Position numbers and translations under genes: made by a program
The notes under the pieces: model-generated
Database searches by the model: none
The model's input: only the letters and a program-made list of their open reading frames with translations
What the model was told of the DNA's origin: nothing
DNA from: a virus
DNA: 64,000 bases
Strand: one strand, 5' to 3'
IMG/VR virus record: IMGVR_UViG_3300033233_000004
Location: 96,001 to 160,000 of that record
In this document: positions 1 to 9,948 of the stretch, piece after piece
Numbering within the stretch: the stretch's first letter is position 1
Layout: each line of letters opens with the position of its first letter

Positions 1-165
1 TACACCAATAACAGCCAAAGGTGCTGCTAATGGATTTTTAGAAATAGTATATAAAAGGCTATTAAGTTGAGAGAGAATACCAACCGCAGCCGTCATAGTA
101 CCAAGACCGGCTTCTGATAGAGCTAACGACTCCCCAAGATTTCCGCCTTCTGTTTCTTTTGCCAT
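1..165 (-). CDS. Probable tape measure protein, N-terminus (runs off the window)
   Basis: ATG at 165 with an upstream AGGA; open to the window edge (MAKETEGGNLGESLALSEAGLG...); Ala/Gly/Leu-rich; follows the tube and chaperone genes. Confidence 0.5.
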   Translation of the reverse strand, partial: MAKETEGGNLGESLALSEAGLGTMTAAVGILSQLNSLLYTISKNPLAAPLAVIGV

Positions 166-171
166 ATAATC

Positions 172-945
172 CTACTTGATAATATCCAAGTCGTTATCCG
201 ACTCGATATTTTGTGATTTGGATTGTTCTGCTACTTCCAACTGAGAAATGATAGCTTTATCTGATTCTGGTAATCCAAAGGTACCGCTCAACATTTGTTT
301 CTTGTGTTCTTCAAATTCCACATTGGTCTTTTTATTTTCTTTAACTTTCTCAACAAATTGATACAATTCCTGATTTAACCATGGTTTGATAGACTCTACT
401 ATATCTACTACGAATTTACGTTCCTCCTGTCGGTAGAATGCACTGGCATAAGCTATCCACAATTGCTGTTCCATAGATACTGGAAGAGTCATTATAGCAT
501 TAATACCAATAGATTGAGCAATCTCCCATTGAAATTTTGAAATAGGTTGTTTGGTATAATCTGCCAAGTGTTCATAAAAAAAAGTCTTCCAATTTGAAAA
601 TTCTCGTATAACTTCTGCGAAGATTAGGTTAACAAGAGGCATATTAGTAGTGGAAAGAAAATGAAAAAGCTCTGGTTCGGTCAATTTCGAATTCTTGATA
701 GCTACAATAACTTTGGAGAGACGACTATGAAGTGGAGTACTGTTGTTATCAAGATGGCGTGAAGAAAGCTGTATACGAAAATTCATTCGTTGAAGTTGCT
801 CATTGCAAGACGCTCGAAAAGGATAGATGTTTACTTCGGGTGCCAGATTGTGAAATAATACTTTTTCAATATCGAAATCATTAAACCGTGTTTGTTGTTT
901 TTTCATGTGTTTCTGCCAAGTCAATAAGATAGTCTCTGTATTCAT
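172..945 (-). CDS. Tail assembly chaperone-like protein (downstream member of pair; start may be ATG 906)
   Basis: Position between the first chaperone-like gene and the presumed tape measure gene. Confidence 0.4.
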   Translation of the reverse strand: MNTETILLTWQKHMKKQQTRFNDFDIEKVLFHNLAPEVNIYPFRASCNEQLQRMNFRIQLSSRHLDNNSTPLHSRLSKVIVAIKNSKLTEPELFHFLSTTNMPLVNLIFAEVIREFSNWKTFFYEHLADYTKQPISKFQWEIAQSIGINAIMTLPVSMEQQLWIAYASAFYRQEERKFVVDIVESIKPWLNQELYQFVEKVKENKKTNVEFEEHKKQMLSGTFGLPESDKAIISQLEVAEQSKSQNIESDNDLDIIK

Positions 946-1609
946 CTTGAGTTTTAAAATCAGCAGGAGTCCTTACAGTAGGCGTGTTTTGAGGTGATGC
1001 TGCGGTGGGTTGAACGTCGTCTTTTTTCGGTTCAGGAATTAATTCTTGTTCTTCAAATTCAAATGCGTCTTCTTCACTTATCTTAGGCAAACAATCAATA
1101 CAAAGGAATTCTGCTGTACTAAACTTAAGTTTACGAGCACCCTCTGGAAGTATATGGTCTATGCGTTTACAAATACCACACATCTGCATCCCCATTACTT
1201 TTCGAGCTTGTTTTTGTTGCAGTTCTGAGTAGAGCGAGTATAGATAGTCTACTAAATACTGTTCAAAATCATTAACAAAAACTCGTTTATACTCAAGGTC
1301 AGATAGTTCTGTTTTATGCGCTTGGTTGTACTGTTCTAAATCTTCTTTGACAACAACATTAGAACCATCTACTGTCCATAAGGTACGAGCAACAATTTCC
1401 TTTTTAAGAGCTTGGTCTTGAGCCGTAACAGAAGCATTGTTGATATATTCCAATGATTGTTCGAGTTCTCCTGCATTCAAAAGACGCAATCCAACCGTTC
1501 TACCTCTCCATAAAGGAAGTCCAAACCAAGCTCGAAACGGTTTAAGCACTGTTATCCCATTAGGACTTAATGCTGTGAGTTCTGTAAGTATTTTCAAAAT
1601 GGATGCCAT
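881..1609 (-). CDS. Tail assembly chaperone-like protein with CxxC...CxxC motif
   Basis: Directly downstream of the tail tube gene; acidic C-terminus. Confidence 0.45.
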   Translation of the reverse strand: MASILKILTELTALSPNGITVLKPFRAWFGLPLWRGRTVGLRLLNAGELEQSLEYINNASVTAQDQALKKEIVARTLWTVDGSNVVVKEDLEQYNQAHKTELSDLEYKRVFVNDFEQYLVDYLYSLYSELQQKQARKVMGMQMCGICKRIDHILPEGARKLKFSTAEFLCIDCLPKISEEDAFEFEEQELIPEPKKDDVQPTAASPQNTPTVRTPADFKTQDEYRDYLIDLAETHEKTTNTV

Positions 1610-1681
1610 AGAGGAACCTATAGGTAAGATGAAGGAAGGAGCGGCACTTAAAATATAAAGTGCCGTTAATATAAGAATGGA

Positions 1682-2146
1682 TTACTTATTACTCATAAAA
1701 ATTCTTTCGCACTCTAACGTAGCATTTTCTTTAATTGTAATTTCACCGGCACCAACTGTCTTACTCCAACCTGTTATCCAGCAACGGTCATATACTATTT
1801 GGCGAGACTCACCATTAGGGCCTGTGATTTGTTCAACAATGGTAATTGGGTCACGAATTTGAGCGATTGATTCACCAAAAATATTGTAACCTAATGCTTT
1901 GATAACGTTCTTATTGTATGTTTCAATACGGTCGATAGTGATTTTGAATTCAGAACGACCCGGAACAATTTCAAACGTGTCTTCCAACGTATTTAGAATT
2001 TCACGAACACGTTCGACTGCTCGGTTAGCCGTAGGATTAAATCCTTGAAGTGTACCAATTTCTACACCTTGGGATTTAATTGTGTAGCTATAGGAGACCA
2101 CACTTTGAGTATTTGGAATTTGAGTATGATTTTTGAAATTTAACAT
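1682..2146 (-). CDS. Tail tube protein
   Basis: 154 aa, beta-rich (IGTLQGFNP, ITIVEQ, YDRCWITGWS, ENATLECERI); downstream of the sheath; AAGGAG SD. Confidence 0.8.
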   Translation of the reverse strand: MLNFKNHTQIPNTQSVVSYSYTIKSQGVEIGTLQGFNPTANRAVERVREILNTLEDTFEIVPGRSEFKITIDRIETYNKNVIKALGYNIFGESIAQIRDPITIVEQITGPNGESRQIVYDRCWITGWSKTVGAGEITIKENATLECERIFMSNK

Positions 2147-3228
2147 GTGATATTCTCCTTCGAGACATAGTTTACAAATTGTGAAATTTTGTTCTTGAGA
2201 TGTAGCATGTCTTTTAGTTCATGTTCCCAAATGACAAGACAAGTAACACCGATTGCTGAATAATTATTAACAATGTCGGCTTCATGGTCGGCTGGTTCAA
2301 GGTCTTCAAAATGTTTACCGTGCCAGTAGGTACCAAAGCATTCAATTACGGCTGTGCGAGATGGAAACAACGTAAAATCGGCATTCTTATTACGACCATC
2401 TTGAAACTTGAACATACCAGACGGATTGAAGTCGCCAGTATATTGAAAGTCTGATGGAAGAAAAGCAGCAATCTTTTGTTCAAACTTGTTAGGTCGAAGC
2501 TTGAGACCTTTCTGAAGAGCATCCCAATACTTCTGAGATTGCATACTACGCTTGAGGCTTTCTTTTCGTTTTGCGATCTCTTCTGGCGAATGCTTTCTAC
2601 CAGTTTGTGCTTTACTAACAGCGTCTTTTACATTCTGTGGTGCACGATAGCCATTAATTGCTTTTGAAGCTTTTATCTTGGCAAGAGTTTCGGAAGAACG
2701 TGGGATACCCCGCCTTTTGTTTGCTAATCTCGCAGTAATTTGTTTACCAATATCTGTCTGATAAAACTCTTTGAGTTTCTTTGAAACTTCTGGTCGTTTA
2801 ATACCACGTGTAGATTGTGCAAGTTCTTTTTGTCTATCTTTACCTTGCGGACTTTTCCAATACGCTCTCAAGATTTTTGAATTATCTTTAGATAAATTCG
2901 GGTATAACTTTTTACGAGTTTCGACACCCCTCTTCACACCACTTTTCCATTTCGATCCTTGGAAAACTTCATGCATTCGTACTTTATGCTTATACAAGGC
3001 TTCTTCTGACCACGGCTTATATTTCTTCTTTGGTACAGTAGAGGACTTAAAAGACTTTAATTCAAAGGATTTTTTACTAACAGTAATAGCATTTGGAAAT
3101 CTTTGCCTGTAATCTTTCAAAGTAGTTTGATGTATTTGTCTAAGATGTGATGCGGACAATCTTTTACTTCTGCGTCCACACAATTCACAAATTACATAAT
3201 CTATATTTTGTAAGTTATTATCAGACAT
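2140..3228 (-). CDS. Free-standing homing endonuclease (Zn finger + NUMOD3-like repeats + Vsr/DUF559-like nuclease)
   Basis: CELCG...HLRQIH N-terminus; RSSETLAKIK and HSPEEIAKRK repeats; NADF...IECFGTYWHG...LVIWEHE. Confidence 0.75.
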   Translation of the reverse strand: MSDNNLQNIDYVICELCGRRSKRLSASHLRQIHQTTLKDYRQRFPNAITVSKKSFELKSFKSSTVPKKKYKPWSEEALYKHKVRMHEVFQGSKWKSGVKRGVETRKKLYPNLSKDNSKILRAYWKSPQGKDRQKELAQSTRGIKRPEVSKKLKEFYQTDIGKQITARLANKRRGIPRSSETLAKIKASKAINGYRAPQNVKDAVSKAQTGRKHSPEEIAKRKESLKRSMQSQKYWDALQKGLKLRPNKFEQKIAAFLPSDFQYTGDFNPSGMFKFQDGRNKNADFTLFPSRTAVIECFGTYWHGKHFEDLEPADHEADIVNNYSAIGVTCLVIWEHELKDMLHLKNKISQFVNYVSKENITC

Positions 3229-3232
3229 ACTC

Positions 3233-4759
3233 TTATATGAAGGTCGAAACCACGATGTTGATAAACTTCATTGGATAAAGGAATTTTATACTGCATGTTA
3301 CGTTAATTCTTCGCGGTTCATTTACATCCTGAATTGCAGTAATCTTGGTTTCACCAGTGTTGGGATCATCCTTAATACCATATCCAAATATTTCTCCTGC
3401 TTGACGTAAACTATTGAGAATTGAACGAGTCGTTGCCTCAACATCACGTACCGTTGAAGGGTTAATCGTTTTGCCTTTATTGGTGTAAACCTCAAACAAC
3501 TTAGCGGAAAGTGTACGCTCAACCAATCGACGCTGTGATACTACAGAAATCTCTTGTGTATCAGCACTTGTACTATCAGTCGTAATAGCATCACGAATAG
3601 TAATGAGACCAGCAATGTTTTGTAATACCAAAACACCACCAGCACCAAGAGAATTCATCTGGAACATATCCCACTTATCTTCTTCAATATTAATACCAGT
3701 TACCGGGAATCCAGTTATTGGAATGGAACGCAATGGTTGTGCAGCATGAACACCAGCAATAGCACATGCAGCGTATGCCGAATCCAGTTCTATACGAATA
3801 TTATTATTGTCAAATCTCCATACAACAGATGGAGCAACTAAAGCAACATCTTCATGCGAAAATGCTTTTGCTTTACCAATGTAAGAATTTGATACACTGG
3901 AATCTCCAATAAGGTCAAAACTTTCAGATGGATTGTATAATGGAGACGATACACCATAATACATACCTCTCCAACGACCATTAAGATTCATTAATTGTGT
4001 ATGCTGAAATAAATATGTCTGAACATCGTTACGGAATGTCGATGTTGGAAGAGAACCACTTGGGAAAATAGCAATAACTTCTTCAATAGCACTCTTCTTA
4101 CGCAATTTATCAATAGCATCTCGATAATTTGCAACAGAGAATGATGCCAACGAACCAGACACTTGACATACAATAACAGCAGGTGCTCCATTTTCTAAAG
4201 CAATAGATGCAGCAATTGTCAAGCTACCCGATGTGTTATTTTCCTCACCGAAGAAATCAACAAGAGATTGCTTGTCGGAGAATGTCATTGGTAAGAATTG
4301 TGATGCAGGAACGTCAAATTGATATGTTACATAATACACAGAACCTGTTGCTGGAACCGAACCTGTAGTAACTGCTGCGGCTTCTTGATTCCAAGAAATT
4401 ATACCATTAGTATACAAACCATTACTTCCAAAGTAACCTGCAACTGGAAATACACCACCTGCTGGAATAGAACCAGATGGAAGATAAAGACTTCCATTCA
4501 CACCTTGAATAGCATCTGGACTACTACCGCTTACCAAGCCTGTACGTTTTGCAACTTTTGTAATGACAACATTCGTGGATGGATACGCAGCAAGAGCATC
4601 AGTACCGCCGACACCTCTTTGTACAGCTTCATCAACAACATAGCGAACAACAGGGCCTATGCCGACAATGGCTGGCAATCGTGCCTCACCAGCAATATTA
4701 ATAATGCGTGGATTTGGAACGACATTGACATCGACTTTTGGTGGAGAATAAAGAGACAT
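3233..4759 (-). CDS. Contractile tail sheath protein
   Basis: MSLYSPPKVDV start; C-terminal ITIRDAITT...EISVV...RRINVTCSIKFLYPMKFINI sheath signature. Confidence 0.9.
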   Translation of the reverse strand: MSLYSPPKVDVNVVPNPRIINIAGEARLPAIVGIGPVVRYVVDEAVQRGVGGTDALAAYPSTNVVITKVAKRTGLVSGSSPDAIQGVNGSLYLPSGSIPAGGVFPVAGYFGSNGLYTNGIISWNQEAAAVTTGSVPATGSVYYVTYQFDVPASQFLPMTFSDKQSLVDFFGEENNTSGSLTIAASIALENGAPAVIVCQVSGSLASFSVANYRDAIDKLRKKSAIEEVIAIFPSGSLPTSTFRNDVQTYLFQHTQLMNLNGRWRGMYYGVSSPLYNPSESFDLIGDSSVSNSYIGKAKAFSHEDVALVAPSVVWRFDNNNIRIELDSAYAACAIAGVHAAQPLRSIPITGFPVTGINIEEDKWDMFQMNSLGAGGVLVLQNIAGLITIRDAITTDSTSADTQEISVVSQRRLVERTLSAKLFEVYTNKGKTINPSTVRDVEATTRSILNSLRQAGEIFGYGIKDDPNTGETKITAIQDVNEPRRINVTCSIKFLYPMKFINIVVSTFI

Positions 4760-4786
4760 ATGATTACTCCTATGACTTTGGTAGTG

Positions 4787-4801
4787 TATCCCAAATAATT
4801 A
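4787..4801 (-). promoter_or_regulatory. Candidate late-promoter motif TAATTATTTGGGATA (copy 1)
   Basis: Identical 15-mer at 9949-9963; both copies lie about 28-30 nt upstream of late-gene starts. Confidence 0.4.
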
Positions 4802-4888
4802 GGTGTTATAATAGCTGTTGTTACATACTATAAATACACACTTTGTAAGGTATTTTATAGTGGTATAATGAGATTTTTTATGGTCTTA

Positions 4889-5977
4889 TCAAAACCCAGT
4901 AACTGCGCCATGAGTATTGATTTCTTTAATAGTTTGTTCTTCAAAATCAAGGCTCCATTCGGTACGTATATCAACAGTAAGACCAATAGTGAAAATTATG
5001 TCATTATCTCCACGCTTACGGTTCTCTAAGGCTCCCTTTGCCACTTTTTTAATAGAAATACCTTTACTGGTAAGGAAAGGTACATTATCAACCAATAATC
5101 TGGATAAATTGAGTTTGGCTTCATTAGTGCTTGAACGACTCAATGCACCATACTGTCCCATTTTAATGTATATTTCACTTAAATCTGCAAGATTTTGTGC
5201 TTTTTCCATAGAGTTCTTTGAAGAACAACGAATAATAATGGAGAATTCTTGAGCACCACCCATTCGCATAAGCGGAGAATAACGTAATCCGCCATAAATA
5301 CTGCCAGTGACCAGAGTGCCTATAGGAGTGCTGCCTGAGTAGGCTATGGAAGAATAAACACCATTGTACGTAGTATCTATAGCAATTCGATATACTGAAC
5401 CTGATTTTGGTGTAAGTTCAATCCAGTAGTCCTGACCATTCTGAATCAAAGGATATGAATAGAAACCACCGAAATATGTACTTGTCGTAAGAGAATCAAA
5501 ACTCTGAATACTACCTGATGCAAGAAGTACAGACCCTGTAGTAAAGTAATTTTGAAATAGTTTGATAGTGATGTCTTCAACATTCTCACCATTTTTCCAT
5601 ACCATATCTGTAATAAATCCACCCAAAGAACCTGTAAAATTGGATGGTAATTTAAAAGCAAATGGAGTACTGGTTGAAAAATTTACTAAAGCTAACGACC
5701 GAGTACCAAGTGGAGATGTGAAATCAAAAGTGTTATCTACTTGGTCATTGAAACCGAGTGATACAGACGTACCACCTAAAGAACCCACGGTTATCAAAGG
5801 ATACTTTTCAGGCTCTTCAAAAAATTGTTCGAAGACAAGTTCACCTTCTGGCTTATCTACCGAAACTATCTCCAATTCACGATTAGTCCATGAACCACCA
5901 TATCTAAAACAACGTCTTAGATATTCTACAAATGTATCTTTTCCATGTTTTTCAAAACGATAAAATAGTTTATCCAT
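4889..5977 (-). CDS. Tail completion/terminator-like structural protein
   Basis: Upstream of the sheath; YPLITV and FSIIIRCSSK...NLADL segments typical of tail terminator folds. Confidence 0.45.
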   Translation of the reverse strand: MDKLFYRFEKHGKDTFVEYLRRCFRYGGSWTNRELEIVSVDKPEGELVFEQFFEEPEKYPLITVGSLGGTSVSLGFNDQVDNTFDFTSPLGTRSLALVNFSTSTPFAFKLPSNFTGSLGGFITDMVWKNGENVEDITIKLFQNYFTTGSVLLASGSIQSFDSLTTSTYFGGFYSYPLIQNGQDYWIELTPKSGSVYRIAIDTTYNGVYSSIAYSGSTPIGTLVTGSIYGGLRYSPLMRMGGAQEFSIIIRCSSKNSMEKAQNLADLSEIYIKMGQYGALSRSSTNEAKLNLSRLLVDNVPFLTSKGISIKKVAKGALENRKRGDNDIIFTIGLTVDIRTEWSLDFEEQTIKEINTHGAVTGF

Positions 5978-6247
5978 TACAATACACCTTTTAATATTAA
6001 GGCTTTTTGAATACTGTGTTTATAAAACTCGATTGCCTTAGAAACAGCAGCCGTGTTCTCAACTACACAACGAATTATTGAAAACCCGTATTTTAATGCC
6101 AACCTATCTTTATAGTCATCATTTTCTTTTTGATTCTTGTGCCAGTATGTACTGTCATCCACAGGACATTGTTTCACCCGCCAACAAGTGTCCCATAACC
6201 GACAGCATTCCAAATTTCTGTCCAGTTATATTTTTGAAGACACCCAT
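5977..6247 (-). pseudogene. Collapsed homing endonuclease remnant
   Basis: 6247-6155 encodes MGVFKNITGQKFGMLSV...TMSCG*; an overlapping frame encodes DSTYWH...KD...GFSIIR (DUF559-like C-terminus). Confidence 0.55.
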
Positions 6248-6251
6248 AGGT

Positions 6252-7118
6252 TTACTTTATGAACGGAATATCATAACGCTGGTCGAATTTCTCAAGCAAA
6301 TTTAACTTGAAACGTTGAGATACAAGTTGTCGTTGGATTACAGAGTCTGTGGAGTTAACAATTTCGTACCGATACTCTATTCCATCAGGACTATCCTCAG
6401 CATCGAGTATTAGTACATCAAAGTCATTCACATATGGAGTCCAAGCCATATGAGAATCACGATTTTCAATAATTACTTTACCCTCATCACTAATAACTAC
6501 ATCATGAATATTGATTGGAAGACGAACCAATACTTGATTTGGTTTTTGAACGAGGTTCCAAAAATTGTTGATATATTGTCGCCAGCCAAATAAAGATTGG
6601 TTAATAGAATCCCCTCGTTTTACAGAAAGGTCTTCAACACCATCTTCCCATGTTGTATAATGATATGTAACCGCGGTAGTATTAGTAAAACCAACATTGA
6701 AGACTACTTCTACACGATGTGGGTCTGTGTCTTTTCTTTCCACTACTGCTATTTCAGTATCGGCAATTATGTCATCGGGGGTTAGCACACGTGTAAGACG
6801 AGAACCATTGACATAAATACCAATATTTCCCTGTCCATTATTAACATATGGACGTGTGTCAGGATGATTAGACCCACCACCCCAAATTATTAATCTGTAT
6901 TGATTGTTGGATAATATAAATTGCTCTGATAACGGTGCTATTTGTGCACTGGCATAACCTACAGGTACACCACCAGTTGCTTTCTGTAGAAGATACATTG
7001 GTGTATGCGAAATTCTTTGTAACACCAAGTAAGTATCACGAATATATTGAATATGTAGGGGATCAATTCCCAGATATTCGTCGTATCCAAAAGAAATATT
7101 TCGAGGTGTAATGGTCAT
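6252..7118 (-). CDS. Neck/head-closure-like structural protein
   Basis: Structural operon; C-terminal WTPYVNDFDVLI...YRYEIV...QRFKLNLLE...RYDIP. Confidence 0.45.
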   Translation of the reverse strand: MTITPRNISFGYDEYLGIDPLHIQYIRDTYLVLQRISHTPMYLLQKATGGVPVGYASAQIAPLSEQFILSNNQYRLIIWGGGSNHPDTRPYVNNGQGNIGIYVNGSRLTRVLTPDDIIADTEIAVVERKDTDPHRVEVVFNVGFTNTTAVTYHYTTWEDGVEDLSVKRGDSINQSLFGWRQYINNFWNLVQKPNQVLVRLPINIHDVVISDEGKVIIENRDSHMAWTPYVNDFDVLILDAEDSPDGIEYRYEIVNSTDSVIQRQLVSQRFKLNLLEKFDQRYDIPFIK

Positions 7119-7126
7119 GAAATGTA

Positions 7127-7363
7127 TTACCCACTGCTCTTTTTTTCTTTAGGTTCTTTAATATCTTTCGCCTTTGGTATTTGTATAGATGGTGTATCTA
7201 CATATTCAAATAATGTGTCTATGGCATCACGAAGCTGTTCTTGAGTTAACACAACTTCTTCACCTTCTTCGGTATTATACTCCAAAGCATCAGTACGAAT
7301 AGGATTCCCCTTTTCATCCAATGTAACCACATTGATAGTTATGTCTGTAATGAATTTGTTCAT
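7127..7363 (-). CDS. Hypothetical protein
   Basis: 78-aa ORF packed in the operon. Confidence 0.55.
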   Translation of the reverse strand: MNKFITDITINVVTLDEKGNPIRTDALEYNTEEGEEVVLTQEQLRDAIDTLFEYVDTPSIQIPKAKDIKEPKEKKSSG

Positions 7364-7409
7364 AGCGACACCTATTGTACTAATGTGAATGTTGTGATAC
7401 GAAAAAAAT

Positions 7410-7438
7410 TTGCTTTTGATGTAGAAAATGTGTATATT
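7410..7438 (+). promoter_or_regulatory. Sigma70-type promoter for the HNH-AP2 gene
   Basis: TTGCTT-17nt-TATATT; ATG follows 6 nt after the -10 box. Confidence 0.5.
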
Positions 7439-7444
7439 GTATAT

Positions 7445-8134
7445 ATGAATAAACGATTGAATCTCATAGGGAAAACCTTCAACAGACTAACTGTTGTTGA
7501 GTTTGCTTTTGTGGATAAACGACATAAGTCTTATTGGAAATGCCGTTGTGAATGTGGTAAAGAAATAGTTGTTCGCTCTGATTGTCTAAAATCAAACCAC
7601 ACTAAATCTTGTGGTTGTCTAAGTAAAGAAATAACAAGTAAACGACTACAAGGAAATAAATTAGCTTTCAAACATGGACATTCCACGAAGACTAAGAAGT
7701 CGCCAGAATATTGGTCGTGGAAAGATATGGTTCATAGATGCATTTACAAAGGATATCGGTATTACAAACGCTATAGTGAGCTTGGTATCTATGAACCTTG
7801 GTTAATCTTTACCAACTTCTTGCAATATCTTAAAGATAACGGTATGTATCCAAGACCTAATGGGCTATCCATCCACAGAATTGATAATGAACAAGGATAC
7901 TTTCCCGGTAATATAAAATGGGCTACATCTAAAGAACAGGCCAACAATCGAAGACCACCTAAAATTCAATCTAATAATACATCTGGTTTCAAAGGTGTCT
8001 CGTACAATAAAACTGCAAGAAAATGGGTAGCACAGATTAAAGGAACTTATCTCGGTTTATTTCCTACTCCTGAATTAGCTGCTCAAGCCTATAAAGAAGC
8101 TGCAATTAAAACATACGTTAGTTTACCAATGTAA
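7445..8134 (+). CDS. HNH/AP2 homing endonuclease
   Basis: LIGKTFNRLTV...CRCECG...TKSCGC; SIHRIDNEQGYFPGNIKWAT; NNTSGFKGV...WVAQI...AAQAY AP2 domain. Confidence 0.85.
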   Translation: MNKRLNLIGKTFNRLTVVEFAFVDKRHKSYWKCRCECGKEIVVRSDCLKSNHTKSCGCLSKEITSKRLQGNKLAFKHGHSTKTKKSPEYWSWKDMVHRCIYKGYRYYKRYSELGIYEPWLIFTNFLQYLKDNGMYPRPNGLSIHRIDNEQGYFPGNIKWATSKEQANNRRPPKIQSNNTSGFKGVSYNKTARKWVAQIKGTYLGLFPTPELAAQAYKEAAIKTYVSLPM

Positions 8135-8660
8135 AGTAACAAATTCTGAAATAATTTGATGGTTGGATAGTTCTCGTTTTTTGAAAAACCCCACCGCCCT
8201 CGAACTGAGAACCAACCTCATTAGAACTCGTATTCCCTTCTATTGTCTCTCCTGATACTGTACCCCACCTGCGTATAAATCCAATATGACCAAGTGGCCC
8301 TGTTCCACGTTTCCATATTACAAGCGAACCAGACGGAATTTTGATTTTGCCAATTAAAACGTCGTTCGCCTTTATGGATTGTTTCGTAATGAACTTCTGT
8401 GCTAATGCAGAACGAATTGGAAATGTAGAATGGGATACTGTAAGGCAATACGATACAAACGCTGCACACCAAGAATACCCTTTTTCTAATCCAACCGAAC
8501 GAAGAAATTTCTCAACATTTACGCCATCATTATGACCCGTCGCCTCGACAGTACCGACATATGTATTTGCAGTATCAAGATGTGCTGCTGTTTTGTAATG
8601 ACCATGGGATGTGGATATACAAAACAAAGAAAACAGCAATATAATAATATACCGATACAT
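8118..8660 (-). CDS. CHAP-family peptidoglycan hydrolase (endolysin) with signal peptide
   Basis: WCAAFVSY, GHIGFI, TIEGNT; hydrophobic N-terminus. Confidence 0.8.
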   Translation of the reverse strand: MYRYIIILLFSLFCISTSHGHYKTAAHLDTANTYVGTVEATGHNDGVNVEKFLRSVGLEKGYSWCAAFVSYCLTVSHSTFPIRSALAQKFITKQSIKANDVLIGKIKIPSGSLVIWKRGTGPLGHIGFIRRWGTVSGETIEGNTSSNEVGSQFEGGGVFQKTRTIQPSNYFRICYFTLVN

Positions 8661-8663
8661 GTT

Positions 8664-8978
8664 TTATGATGCTATAATTGCACAACCAATAACTACTGCC
8701 AAAGAAAGTAAAAATAATCCGTAAGCAATATTACCCTTCTTTAACTGTCCCACTGTATCTATTTGTTTCATCATAAAAGAATCCATGAGCCAAAAGAGAA
8801 TAATACCCATTCCTGCTTTTGCAAGAGCTATTGCAAATGAAGATAATTCAATAGCAAATGAAAACGTGATAAAGACACCAAAAATGGCAACTATAGAAAG
8901 CAACACCATGAATTTGCTATGTGTTGAACGAGGTATAATTGCTTTTTCAAGTGTATTAATTGTAGTTGTTGTATTCAT
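8664..8978 (-). CDS. Small 3-TM membrane protein (holin/DUF350-like)
   Basis: Three hydrophobic segments, QLKKGNIAYGLF motif, adjacent to the endolysin. Confidence 0.5.
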   Translation of the reverse strand: MNTTTTINTLEKAIIPRSTHSKFMVLLSIVAIFGVFITFSFAIELSSFAIALAKAGMGIILFWLMDSFMMKQIDTVGQLKKGNIAYGLFLLSLAVVIGCAIIAS

Positions 8979-8990
8979 AATACTACTCCT

Positions 8991-9416
8991 TTATCGTGAT
9001 GTACTTGAACGAATCCAAGCCTCGCCTTCTAACCAACGTTCAGCAAGCTCAACATTTCCACTTGGATACATAAACAAGTCCCATACTCCACGAAGACCGC
9101 TCTCAAGAGGTCTCGATTGTGAAGCCAGAAGACTAAGAGTTAAACCGCCATTACTATCTGAAGAACCTGTATTTGGATTACTACCACTAAATGTAATAGT
9201 GAATTGTACCATAACATTCGGATTGTTGTAACCATCTCGTATTTGTGCAAGACCAGTAAAGCCAGTTAAATCTATAGGAACAAAAACAGGATTGGCAGAA
9301 GATGACGGAGCAAAGAAAGTGATGGGTAAATTAAATATTGCACCTTTATCAATCGTAATATCATAGTGAACAGCATTGTTTCGTTGTTCAAGATTGATGT
9401 TCGCTATGTTCGGCAT
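8991..9416 (-). CDS. Virion structural protein (beta-sandwich, BppU-like)
   Basis: YDITIDKGAIF, PIDLTGFTGLAQIR, VWDL...RWLEG. Confidence 0.55.
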   Translation of the reverse strand: MPNIANINLEQRNNAVHYDITIDKGAIFNLPITFFAPSSSANPVFVPIDLTGFTGLAQIRDGYNNPNVMVQFTITFSGSNPNTGSSDSNGGLTLSLLASQSRPLESGLRGVWDLFMYPSGNVELAERWLEGEAWIRSSTSR

Positions 9417-9418
9417 AG

Positions 9419-9919
9419 TTAATTATCCTTCTTTTTACCCATGTGCACAAAAACACGAAGTTTATCAAGAAGACCATTTGGAAATGGTAATCCTGCTATC
9501 ATACATGCATTTTCCACGATTGAAATAACTTCAGTTATAGCCAACCATGCTAAAGCTCCTGTATCGAGACCCATCCAACCAAAAATAAATAAACTGACAT
9601 ATGACAAAGAATGAAAAGCACCTATGATAATGAAATACATAAGTAACTTTATCAAACCGTTTCGAAATGCACTTGAATTGAATGAATTGTTTTTGAAAGC
9701 AAGCCATACTCCTGTTAGTTGGTCAATTAACACTAATCCAACTAATACACCGACACCCATTACATTTGAATGAATAAAAAAAGTGATAAAAGAAGCTATA
9801 ACAGTTAATGCTGTTTTTAACCATGGGAATTCCCACAATGAAGCAAAGTTATGTTTCAGAGGAAGAAAAAGCAAATTCAAATATTCCATTGATTCTATCT
9901 CACATTCTTTTGCACACAT
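9419..9919 (-). CDS. Phage holin (holin_4 / toxin-secretion family)
   Basis: IDQLTGV...SSAFRNGLIK...EVISIVENA...GLPFP. Confidence 0.75.
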   Translation of the reverse strand: MCAKECEIESMEYLNLLFLPLKHNFASLWEFPWLKTALTVIASFITFFIHSNVMGVGVLVGLVLIDQLTGVWLAFKNNSFNSSAFRNGLIKLLMYFIIIGAFHSLSYVSLFIFGWMGLDTGALAWLAITEVISIVENACMIAGLPFPNGLLDKLRVFVHMGKKKDN

Positions 9920-9948
9920 AAAAGTAAACTCCTGACACGCATATTATA

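Noticed and set aside
881-945. Programmed -1 frameshift between the two tail-chaperone-like ORFs
   Set aside because: The downstream ORF is in the +1 frame, no in-frame X XXY YYZ heptamer was found, and an independent ATG exists at 906.
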